64,000 nt of DNA from Adineta vaga (taxonomy: Eukaryota > Animalia > Rotifera), in NCBI GenBank assembly GCA_021613535.1, contig CP075494.1, forward strand, positions 3,410,001-3,474,000. Direction: 5' to 3'. The translations under genes were made by a program, and so were the position numbers. The first letter of the stretch is position 1. Every line of letters begins with the position of its first letter. Below are positions 13,801 through 21,920 of the stretch, one piece after another. The notes below the pieces were generated by a model, which saw only the letters and a program-made list of their open reading frames with translations, was not told the DNA's origin and searched no databases.

Positions 13801-14449
13801 AACAAAAGAAAATTTTTGTTATGTAGTAGATAATCCAGTTGATTGGACATATGCGTTTAACTTACCAGTATTGACTGTTACTTATGGGCCTCAAGCTAGA
13901 AATCAAATATCACCTTTTCCGCGTGATATTTCAACCTATGTTGATAATGAACCATCCTGGAATGCACCTTTTCGTTGGTATTGGCGACAAGACAATGGAA
14001 ATTTTGAACCATATAATGATACAATTAATGAAATACTTGAAAAATTTTATGAACATTGGAAATTTAATCGTGGACGATCGGAAGTAGTCACTCCACCATT
14101 GACACGTTATATTGATGATATTCCTCAAACTTATCAAATTGATTTTCTAAAAAATCGACAAATGAATACAAGAACATCCTATCAACGCCTTATCGATCGT
14201 CGGCCATTACAAAAACCAGCAGATAACTTAAATTGGTTTTATTGCAATGAACATGGTAATTGGATACGTTATGAAGTGCTCGTACAAAATCAAATTGAAC
14301 AAGCATTTCAATCATATCGATCAGGTCAAGGATCATCAATAGTGAATATTCATTTCCCTGGACGTCCAGAAATGTACGAGATTAATTTTCTAAGAGGTCA
14401 ACAAACAAATAAAAATAGTGATGCCGTGAAAAATATCAAGCGTGAATAG
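7826..14449 (+). CDS. Giant multidomain DEAH-box RNA helicase: RRM-like / 8x C-x5-C-x4-C-x3-H zinc fingers / DEAH helicase + HA2 / RRM-like / RING-IBR / PARP-like ART / 2x WWE
   Basis: Uninterrupted 2207-codon ORF; an alternative start is the ATG at 7880. Eight CCCH fingers at 8588-9115. Helicase motifs AETGSGKST, TQPRVVAA, DEAH, SAT, FLPG, TNVAETSLTI, QRKGRAGR at ~9295-10206. RING CVFC..CGHAYCRC..CKDC at ~12977-13104. IBR CPNDEC..CLTC..CPKC..H..C at ~13235-13363. PARP-like YHGC, YGRGEYF, SDSY at ~13595-13730. Two W(Y/F)W/Y..GNF/W..Y..I..LE..Y..YQIDF..Q.N WWE repeats at ~13970-14446. Confidence 0.93.
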   Translation: MLQNILTLISLLDFQNNKMTSNNSSIKWSVQISPLPSSISREKLAQELHLPQKLYISIPKNNSCAWINNFIDEDDAKEFVRQWSGATIQGQKIKCTATSRSNDQAESFQKVQKQYTSKIEPLTNQPCDSRSSSTEPKLTKENLNRLTIPTSLMSTNTNQFLNNNEEKSGNIFKTQSKPILRFGETKTKSEYRDERYRNNELTGNLAHANKRTTNLIKKFEENLLKQDLYRMRSDSSSSTSSISSTQSTNTNTRRCRNGIKCFNADCTFDHPDGWKPCIDGEKCEDFECTANHPFEQKGKCRSGGNCKNSDCKFLHPKTRAAICQFRGKCKLWSCQKLHPKTRARRCPNKEKCTNLDCLCIHPSERSESLCSVGAECREISCKLNHPNERPPRCDQPDICPNFNCIRLHQPEWNPCEKGDDCEDKQCSKIHSPERNLNLEQKNKKNQKSRKTNLKSLEQRIIDREKASLPILACRNDFCQRLELEHVLIVTAETGSGKSTQLPQYAAEHFGSLVVCTQPRVVAALSLARRVADEYDGKSVGDSVGYQVGHGNRVNGSDIMFMTDAALIRESQRDPELKHIRVLIIDEAHERSLNTDIVIGISKLLLAKRPDDFYVIIASATIDPTRFLQFFDRSSYTPLKVEGRVFEVTKAERPPPPNCTDQKLIISHVVPSIIELYPQHEGHILVFLPGQSEIERALKIFKSKLPDDCVALPLYGSQSPEDQEKVIKFNEIGKRMVVFCTNVAETSLTIPNVRLVIDSGLAKEARYDIKRRLTVIETVRISCSSADQRKGRAGRTARGHCVRLYEDKELKRQNIEPEILRSSLDLVLLQLIRLNFDPKTFQFMDQPPSNIIYNSLDLLTKLQCINEQKITKRGELFTELSLDPRLSSFIVDVYLEYKTLLELVVAIVAILSAPGTIFFMGGNKEEARTRMALQAHSHKSDLMHLYSVYNAWKNASGNELHGKCSKCTKFIKYCVCRIKYSNENNLNNKILQHIYTSCLSIIKQIRNARWIQPRNEMSEDTNKILGIHLTKLFPEQCGYLLVPQMPTEGVRLVATDIRANITNTSVFMQKLNKDSDRELYQYFVAMTITQLPSGNYIIERLHPIPRSNVMIQSSIQNLDTYDGIGSEFAHLLREKLKVYQSEPWAKWIVYQYDRTQCRFMISGLETTKSAVLPIVQRCRDETRKKLSETYDLLECGPIKANFQSGLVCTHINKMSNILKMNLQNVPCQTLNELKDWINKMTGIEWNEIKEHGFYTPKVDTGNNTNNKHVYVVFKNEDTYRRAISKISPFYLIEQEGRSRDNERESWGRELIIEVPSNITANDIIKQYGSDIIMKCVSLNERNRKESSLKLDSLPINIDETYLRQCLQTANAPSPKNVYVGRTKNDLTGWAKVTFHDEEQRNRAAAEYDVQLCQTSFPITIQGNKGPKQKYIQTKVMKNDEPELIENLPKNLFRLTVVSREAALIIFTSTTNADWTIDGTATITILRTDLYPNFQQTLNGICEKFEVKVKCKDIRKSFGKCCTFSHGSPQKTSLAASMLSQNFAPINIKLNTERQKQLFRELEEIGQIQKWAQELSLQINSNKFFTNIEIRGPQTSQGQFMRRIADYSDGFDQRFREHELSAIIATFFGQQKAASIKLQQIASKWASKSCLVSFNSKLATIRIIGKANVLLKNLNLCENEVLQLLDEITANTDDIESDDEEENEDDEEEEMNSLRTERRCVFCKQVSSISTSLFRICGHAYCRCTAQSLASTPSFPLRCKDCQTNIHIRDIEMIFNNNQQSLIHLLKSSIQDYLTKNAQQDDRVFCPNDECEGLIKLSHNYQTCLTCGQNVCPKCQTIDDEIHLNKTCIQFRQEKKRQGEFLPQLFLAARKFVEEYWPLDQSVQPIGRIDENPYLEKQYKSLIRFYKGNEVLGHSFPPDLSKGFFAYHGCPFQAIDAISQTGFDPKRRSGQAYGRGEYFGVTALISDSYSQKGGNQNGFSQMFIAFILRCTQITTKENFCYVVDNPVDWTYAFNLPVLTVTYGPQARNQISPFPRDISTYVDNEPSWNAPFRWYWRQDNGNFEPYNDTINEILEKFYEHWKFNRGRSEVVTPPLTRYIDDIPQTYQIDFLKNRQMNTRTSYQRLIDRRPLQKPADNLNWFYCNEHGNWIRYEVLVQNQIEQAFQSYRSGQGSSIVNIHFPGRPEMYEINFLRGQQTNKNSDAVKNIKRE

Positions 14450-14678
14450 ATTTTTTGTAACAACTGAAATTCATTAAAAACAAAAAACAAATATATATCA
14501 TCAAGCTCATTTTCACTCATGAAAAAGATCTTTCATTGATTTTTTTTGGTAGCAAAGCTTCATTGTATAAAACAACACTGTAACATAAAGTCAACGGAAA
14601 GTATTGTAATGATACATAAGCTGGAAGAGAAAAAGAAGCTAGATTATATGTGACATGTTTTAAATCAGCAAATACATT

Positions 14679-14950
14679 GACTCGATTTCATATCGCATAT
14701 AAGAAGGAGCAAAGAATTTACTGGTTGACTTGAATCGGTATATTCATCGACTCGATTTAATATTGTATATCAGAACGAGTAAAAGAATTTGCTGGATACA
14801 TGAATCAGTTTAAAGATTGACTAGATATTATATTATATATAAGAATGCGATCAATATATAACTGGATAGAACGAAAGAACGATACAGCATATAGATTGAA
14901 TCGACTTCTTATTTTGTATAAGAACGAGTTAAACGAAGTAGCTGAATAGT
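14679..14950. repeat. Degenerate ~70-bp tandem repeat (about 4 units), probably the LINE 3' UTR
   Basis: Units beginning GACTCGATTT/GACTAGAT/GAATCGACTT at 14679, 14749, 14819 and ~14898. Each contains a variant of ATAAGAACGAG..AAGAATTT.CTGGA. Confidence 0.65.
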
Positions 14951-15053
14951 ATATTTGATTGCGATATATCGTTTTTTACATCGATTCGACTGACACAAGA
15001 ATAGTCTATTCTCTCGATGTTACTATTATATGTAATGGTTGGTGATTTCTTTT

Positions 15054-17594
15054 TTAAATTTTGTCTAAGATGCATTGTAGATGATTCTTCAGTGTAATGT
15101 CGTTGTTTGTTGTTGCCTTTTGAAGTGTATGTTTAAGTAGTCCTATTGCATAATCTTTGATTTTTGGAATGTTGTTGATCTTGTGGATATACTTGACAGA
15201 TGTATATATGGGTATTCCGAGTCCAGCTCTAATTGCTTTATTCTGCATGATTTGTAAACGGTCCCATACTTTTTGATCAGCAGTAAGGAGAATAGGATGT
15301 CCATAAATGATAACTGTGCGTACAATTGATTTGAAAATATTTATCATCGTCTTGTTGTTGGGTTCATATGCTGTTCTCGAAAGATATCGAAGTAGACCGA
15401 TCCGAGGAGCAATCTTGCTTTCGATATGTTCGAGATGTGCTCGCCATTTTAATCTTGTATCTATAATTACACCCAAGTAACGTGTGGAATCCAGTGGTTT
15501 GATGATGGTGTCTTCAACTTTAACTTTCACTGGATTCTTGTACTGTTCTCTTGTATGTATGTTGAAGTGTATCAGCTCTGTCTTAGTTGGTTGAAGTTTT
15601 AATTTCCATGACTTGCACCAACTTTCGAATGCATCTATGGATTGTTGTAATCTGGTGTTAAGATTTGTTAAGGTGTTACCAGATGTCCATAGTGCAGTGT
15701 CGTCAGCGAACAACCCATGTTCTGTATGAGTTGGTATTCCATTCATCGAATCTGCCGTATACATGATATAAAGTAATGGTGATAACGGAGATCCTTATGG
15801 TGTACTGCTCTTCAGATTAAATGGACGTGATAATATATTTCCGCTTTCAATTGCAGCCGTTCTATTACTCAAAAATGAGATCGAATAGTTGATGATGAAA
15901 CAGGGAAGACGTAGATCATTAAGCTTGTATATCAAACCATCGTGCCATACAGAATCAAATGCTGCTTTGACATCGAAAAGAATGACAGCTGAGTGACGTC
16001 GTCGACGTGGTCGTCTAAGTTGTCCTGCAGCGTATCTTTCTAATCGCACGATGTTGTATATAGTGCTTTTACCTGGTCTAAATCCGGCTTGATGTTGTGG
16101 TAAGATGTTTCGTCGTTCAAGCTCGAGCATCAAACGTTGTTTGTCCTTCTTGAGCTTTAATAGAAGAATAATATTAGCCTTTTTCCACATTGCTGGAATA
16201 TAACCTTGTTTCAAAATTGCATTAAACAGATTTGTTAGATGCTGTACACGTAATTTTGAATGATTCTTCAAACATCGGTTGTGAATGTTGTCTGAACCAG
16301 TGGAGCTATTTCTAAGTTGTCTTATATGATTTATGACTTCTTTTTCTTTGATTTGCTTCCACTTTGGTGTGTTCGAATAGATTATAGTTTTACTTTTGAC
16401 TTTGTTTGCTTGGCGTGTTACTTGATCATGAAGTGGCAACGTATCCGCAGTGTGAGAGTAGACTTCATTTTCAAAGTAATCTGGAAATAAGTCTGCTTTC
16501 TCCTTGTCTGATGTTGCAGTTATATTGTTGTATTTCATGATGTTGGCATAGGTTTGCTTGATCCTTTTATTGTGGAACTTACGTACCGTCAGCCAAACTT
16601 TGTCTGAATATATTTTCTTACGACATAAAGATGACATTAACTTGTTAAAATTGTTTCTTCTGTCATTTCTAAGTGAATTTGTAAGTTAGACTTTGGAAAT
16701 GTAATATTGATGTTTATCTGTCTTGTTTCCTGTCTTCTTCCATTTTCGATATGCTTGATGTTTTTGTTTTATCAGGCTTATCGATGATTCACTTGGTGTA
16801 TACGTTCGGATCATCTGCTTTGTTTGTGGAACAGCTTCTTTTGTTGCTTTCAATATACTATTGGTAATAAATGACGTATATTCTTCTATGTCACCTGCTT
16901 TGAAATTGAATGAAATTCTTGAGGATGGCGGTTTCGGTTCAGCTCCACCAGGAATATCAAATGTTAGTGGCTTATGACCGTTCAATGCACCGATTGTTGG
17001 ATGAGTTTCGACGTTTGATATGAATGAAAGAAGTGGTTGACTTGTTAGAATCCAATCTAGTTTAACTTCATAATCATTTTTTTCGAAAGTTGGACTATCA
17101 TCGTCGACACAATCAATAAGACCATCTTTAAATAATTCTTGCAGCTGTCTTCCTCTAGCATTAGCTTGTTGTGATCCCATATTATATAATGTTGCATTAA
17201 GATCACCCATGATAATGCAGTTGTTGTTAATGTTATAAAGTTCGTGGAATAAGTTGATATCGATCTTTGCTTTTGGTGGTACGTAAATGGAGGATATTAG
17301 TATTGATTTGAATGATTTAGTTCGAATCTCTACTGCTATCGCTTCATTCTTGCAGGTTGTTTTGTTCAGTACTTCTTGACACTTGATATGTTGTTTCACT
17401 GCTAGTAATACTCCACCCCCAGCTTGTCCTATTCGATCATTTCTGAAGATGTTATAACCAAAAAGAGTGAATGGTCTTTCGCTCTTTAGATTAGTTTCAT
17501 TAACAAAGATAATATCGTATTTGGAGAATCTGTCTAGGAGTTCATCTTTGTGTTTGGTAATTGAGTTAATGTTGATATGGCATAAACTAAGCAT
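15054..17594 (-). pseudogene. LINE ORF2 endonuclease-reverse transcriptase, disrupted
   Basis: APE motifs NINS, NET, SIYVPP, MGDLNA, LDWI. RT motifs QAGFR, DVKAAFDSVWH, P*GSPLSPLLY, LFADD, YLGV. The three ORF pieces are in one frame, separated by TAA stops at 16686 and 15795. The usual YRPISLL segment is missing. Confidence 0.9.
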
Positions 17595-19002
17595 CGTTGT
17601 TACTTGTTTTAAGTGTTTTGCTGTCGTTTATAGATGCATCAGGAGAGTTGTTGGGAGGAAGATTTCTCTTATTTGCGTTGGATCCTTCTTTTTTATTTTG
17701 TGCGTCTTTTGATGTAGTAGAAGTTGATGGCATAGTAGGTTTATTTGAAGTGACATTCTCTGTGGTGGACGATTTGTTAGCTTCATTCTGTTGTTTTTTT
17801 GGTTTTGGTTTGATGATCTTAACTGCTTGACTTTGTTCGTTGGAATCAGAGTCTGAATCAGTTAATATATATTTTTCTTCATTATTACGATCGAGGAGTC
17901 CGAATGATTTTTCGATCTTCTTGATCTTCTGATGTAGTGCTTTGAATAGTCGATTGGTAGTTTTTTCGATGATGGTTTCCATTTTGCTGGTAAGAGCATT
18001 AATGATATCGTCGAATAAATTGTCCGTTAATAGTTGTTTTTGTGTTTGGTTGAATTGTGATAGAGGTGGGAAGTTATGTGTGTTGTAGATTGATGGTGCT
18101 TGTGTTACTTGTTTGCTTGTTGTTGCATATTGGTTAACCATGTTTTGCATCTTCTTTTCTTGTTCTCTATAATGTGAACATTCTTTGGAAGTAGCAATAT
18201 GATTACCTTTACAGTTGTAGCACTTGACTGCATCATCTGTAACAGTACATTTGTCGTTGCTATGATTTTCACCACATCGACTACATACTTGTTGCTTGGT
18301 TTTGCAGTATTTGGCTACATGGTTGTATTTTAAGCAAATGTAACATTGCACCGGTTTGGAATTTTGTGTTGCTGGTTCTGCTGTGAAGTGCATGCAATCC
18401 ACTTGTAAACCAGTTTGCACAAAGATATTTCGATTTGTTGCATCGCTAAATGATATCTTGACTGTTCGTGTTGGAGTCTTACCATCTTTGCTTGTTAATC
18501 GAATAACTTCTGTTACTTCAAGACCAACGTTCTTTAGTGCTTCAGTTATTCGATCGTTTGGTAATTCTAGATCGACTCTTTTTACGAACGCGATCTTTTC
18601 TGTGTCCTTGATTCTTTGAATTGATCGTGGAACATATACCGTCGCTGATGGTTGACCGTTTGTCGATAGTATTTCTGTAGAATCGTTTAATATTATGTAA
18701 AACGATTTGGGATCACTTGCATATAATGTGAATATTCCATTTCGTCCAAGTTGGATGTCATGGATATTGACTTCAGCAAGATGTTGCTTCAATATATCAT
18801 TTAGCTGCAACTTGTTTAAGTTAACACCCTCTAGAATAAGAGGGGCGATACTAAATTTTGGTTGGCTTGATTTTAAAGCATATGGTCCTGCTTTGCCATC
18901 TTGTGTTGTTCGTTGTGTGGTGGTGGTGGTTCTTTGTTGGTTGTCGACGCTATGGTAGCGTCTATTCTGGCCAGCGCCACCCCTTCCTCCTCTAGGAGGC
19001 AT
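17587..19002 (-). CDS. LINE ORF1 gag-like nucleic-acid-binding protein
   Basis: Intact 471-aa ORF. Triple CCHC knuckle QCYICLKYNHVAKYC / CSRCGENHSNDKC / CYNCKGNHIATSKEC, with an RGG-rich N-terminus. Confidence 0.88.
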   Translation of the reverse strand: MPPRGGRGGAGQNRRYHSVDNQQRTTTTTQRTTQDGKAGPYALKSSQPKFSIAPLILEGVNLNKLQLNDILKQHLAEVNIHDIQLGRNGIFTLYASDPKSFYIILNDSTEILSTNGQPSATVYVPRSIQRIKDTEKIAFVKRVDLELPNDRITEALKNVGLEVTEVIRLTSKDGKTPTRTVKISFSDATNRNIFVQTGLQVDCMHFTAEPATQNSKPVQCYICLKYNHVAKYCKTKQQVCSRCGENHSNDKCTVTDDAVKCYNCKGNHIATSKECSHYREQEKKMQNMVNQYATTSKQVTQAPSIYNTHNFPPLSQFNQTQKQLLTDNLFDDIINALTSKMETIIEKTTNRLFKALHQKIKKIEKSFGLLDRNNEEKYILTDSDSDSNEQSQAVKIIKPKPKKQQNEANKSSTTENVTSNKPTMPSTSTTSKDAQNKKEGSNANKRNLPPNNSPDASINDSKTLKTSNNDA

Positions 19003-19280
19003 TTAAATCAGTACCAGTAGTTGATACCTGGATGTAAATTGTTTTTGCTTTCTTGTTTTGGTTGGTGATGTACAGAGGATCTAGATGAAATACTAGTTTT
19101 TCAAGTTCTAGGACTTTGTAGCTGGGCGAAAGAAAAATATAGAAAGACGAGAGATACAATATATATGTTTATTCAACTTGGACGAATGCGACTGATCGCG
19201 ACCAAGTCAATTAGACGAATGATTGCTGATTATTCAAATGCATATATTTATTATGGCAAAGCAAATGAAATCTTTAAAAA

Positions 19281-19377
19281 AGGGTGTGGGTGTGGGTGTA
19301 GGTGTGGGTGGGTGCGGTTGAGGCTGTGGAAGGGTGCAAGTCAGTGTCTTTATCCACCCACACCCACACCCTCAAGA
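19281..19377. repeat. Hairpin element with telomere-like arms (copy 3)
   Basis: AGGGTGTGGGTGTGGGTGTAGGTGTGGGTG ... CACCCACACCCACACCCTCAAGA. Confidence 0.7.
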
Positions 19378-20272
19378 TATCATCTAAATAACCCTTTTCG
19401 AATACATAAACAGAATCTTTCACTATTGAATTTGATTGTAGTAGAAATGCAACCTTAATCAATAGAAAGAATAGTTCTAGTTCTTCTGAATATGTTGGTA
19501 CTAGAAACGTTTTGTACCTGTATTAGTCCTCTTTTATGGATATTTTGAGATAGAAGAAATGAATAATGAAAGCTTAGCTTACTAGTCAATGTTTTGGTGC
19601 ATACAATTTTTCATAATATAAACGAATTTTTTTGGCTTTCTTTAATGCAGAATCATTTTCATCGTTTGAATGCCATTCATAAGCAGTTTTCTTTTCAGGA
19701 TAATTAATGTAACATTTATTATTTATTATAGAATTTCGTTCACTTTCAGTGTTTGATATTGACGAACTTGTGTCCATCAAATTTCTATCGTTGTTAATTC
19801 CTACACGGATTTTTTTTCTTTCATTGGTTTTTATATAGTTCTCATCACACATATGACATATTTGCACTGTTTTTATTGATCATGTATTGCTGTAAGAGAA
19901 GCAAATGAAAACAAAATCTGTAAAATAAAGTAATATTAAAAGTTAACTGATAACATATCAGAAGAAATTTGTCAATTCACAGTTATTCAAACAATGAAAA
20001 TATATTTATTTTGACTTATTTTATTAATGTGACGATTTTTTTATAGAGAGAGATTTATTATTGTTGGTATATGATAAGGAAAAAGTACGAATGAGACAAA
20101 CGACCAATATAATATTTGAAATAAGCATAAAAAGATACGAACAAAACATGAAAATGAGAATAAAAGATTGAGGATGTAAATGGTATGATTATCGTAATTT
20201 CTATCAAATATTATCATTTAAATAATTATTCTTTTCTTTCGTTGTACAACGACACTTCAATATAATTACTAC

Positions 20273-21316
20273 ATGGCTCTTCAATGTTTAAATGGTGGTC
20301 GATTGATCTTTAATCAGACTTCAAATAAAAGTTATTGTGAATGTAATTCGTGTTATGAAGGTATACAATGCGAAGAAAAAGACTTGACGAATAGTAAAAT
20401 AGAATTTAATCTTGACAAAGATCGTCTAATTGTATATTCAATTTACTTATGTTTATCACTTGTAAACAATTTACTTAGTCTTACTATATTTCAAGGTAGT
20501 AAACGTATACGTCGTACTAATATTGGCATCTATCTCATCATATATTCGTGTATATCTCTGATTGGAAGTATACTACTTGTAGTTGGTCAATCTGTACAAT
20601 ATTTTAAACCACATCCTTTTGCAAATAATGAAGAATTGTCTGAAGTATTCTATTGTTTTCTAGAGAAAAGTGGATATCAAATAACAGCACTTTTATGTCT
20701 TTGGCTAAGTGCTTTAGTTGCATTGGAACGTAGTCTCATTATCTCTTTTAATTTTAAAATGAATGCGACACGACGACGATCAATTGTTATATTAGTACCG
20801 TTTTTCTGTTTTACTGCTATAATCGGTATATTATTTCTATTCTATCGATGTGTAGCAACAACACCGGATACAGAACCATATCAACGTCTAACCTCAGGGT
20901 GGATTTATACAGCTGCTGGTCTTGGAGGCTTGATATACTTTCTAGCAACTATATTCATTTTGATTAGTTTTTCCTCACATGTATATCATTATGGTACTGG
21001 TGGGAAATCAAAAAAGAAAATATTTTTTATATTATTGAAAAAACATTTGTTTATATTTATTCCATCAATTGTCTATGTTCTTTGCGTCGTTCCATACCAA
21101 ATATGGTTTATGTTTCGAAGTCCTCGACAAGCGTATTTTGGGTGTGGTATTTCTACTGCAGAATACTATTATAAAATCATTCTACAAACATTACCAAATA
21201 TACCAACGATTGTCACCTGGTGCATTTTTGTATATCCATCAAATGTACATATGACTGAATTTTATACAAACACATGGATAGGAAAAAGATTGGCTATGTG
21301 TCGAATATGGATGTAA
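20273..21316 (+). CDS. Rhodopsin-like 7TM receptor with N-terminal EGF-like domain
   Basis: N-terminal CLNGG..YCEC..CYEG.QCE. It is followed by about seven hydrophobic segments with NN in TM1, an ALERS (DRY-like) motif after TM3 and a terminal FVYPS. Confidence 0.75.
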   Translation: MALQCLNGGRLIFNQTSNKSYCECNSCYEGIQCEEKDLTNSKIEFNLDKDRLIVYSIYLCLSLVNNLLSLTIFQGSKRIRRTNIGIYLIIYSCISLIGSILLVVGQSVQYFKPHPFANNEELSEVFYCFLEKSGYQITALLCLWLSALVALERSLIISFNFKMNATRRRSIVILVPFFCFTAIIGILFLFYRCVATTPDTEPYQRLTSGWIYTAAGLGGLIYFLATIFILISFSSHVYHYGTGGKSKKKIFFILLKKHLFIFIPSIVYVLCVVPYQIWFMFRSPRQAYFGCGISTAEYYYKIILQTLPNIPTIVTWCIFVYPSNVHMTEFYTNTWIGKRLAMCRIWM

Positions 21317-21762
21317 GTAAGGATGTAGATGAAGGTATCTCTCCTGCATACTGTATTGTATTAACTAGTACACATATTTTCCTCTTTGATTTTTATTGAC
21401 GTATATGTTATTTGTTTTTAACAAAGAGGTTGAAGTTTTTTTTCCTGTTATAAAACACTTATGCAAAGACATTTTCAATGATGTATTCTTTGTTATTCTA
21501 CTATATTTTGTAAAAGCTTATTATTTTCGTGTAACTAGTTTTATTTTTTCTGGATGATTCTTTTTTTGTTGATTTGAATAAACAGTATGGAAATAAATCT
21601 CCTGTCTTTCAATATAACACAAAATATTAAAGATTTCTATTGGAGAAAAATGACTTAATGTACAAGTATAATGAAAAAGTCATGACACTTGGAAGAAATT
21701 ATCACAAACATAATGATTACATACTGTTAGTTTTGATGAAGACTCATATCTTATCAATTCAC

Positions 21763-21920
21763 CGCTCTCGCCGCTACTACATTCTTACCGGTCCACCGGT
21801 TTCAGCAGTCCACTGATCTCACCGGTCCTCCGCTCACCAGTCCAGCCGTAATCTCTGTGGACCGGTGGACCGTTCATCCCGGTGGACCGATAAACGGTCA
21901 TCGTCACCGTTGCAAGTCTA
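21763..21920. repeat. GC-rich palindromic MITE fragment (hAT-like TAGACTTGCAACGG end on - strand)
   Basis: Multiple ACCGGTCC(A) units face GGACCGGT units. The element ends CCGTTGCAAGTCTA exactly where the MULE coding relic stops. Confidence 0.5.

Larger units (their letters stand above)
14620..19222 (-). mobile_element. Non-LTR retrotransposon (LINE, jockey/I group), near full-length, inactivated
   Basis: A gag-like ORF1 with three zinc knuckles overlaps ORF2 (APE endonuclease + RT) by 8 nt. Initiator-like TCAGTC/TCATTC motifs lie at ~19190-19222 (-). Outer boundaries are approximate; no TSD or poly(A) was identified. Confidence 0.88.

Noticed and set aside
7947-14137. Many short alternative-frame and antisense ORFs inside the helicase gene (and similarly inside the LINE, PhoD and 645-aa genes)
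   Set aside because: These are shadow ORFs of the real coding frames, with no independent motifs.
14679-14950. Possible hammerhead ribozyme array as in Penelope/Terminon elements
   Set aside because: No CTGANGA...GAAA core is visible on either strand of the repeat units.
19586-19867. 93-aa ORF with a CxxC
   Set aside because: Non-ATG start, stops immediately upstream in all frames, and no recognisable family.
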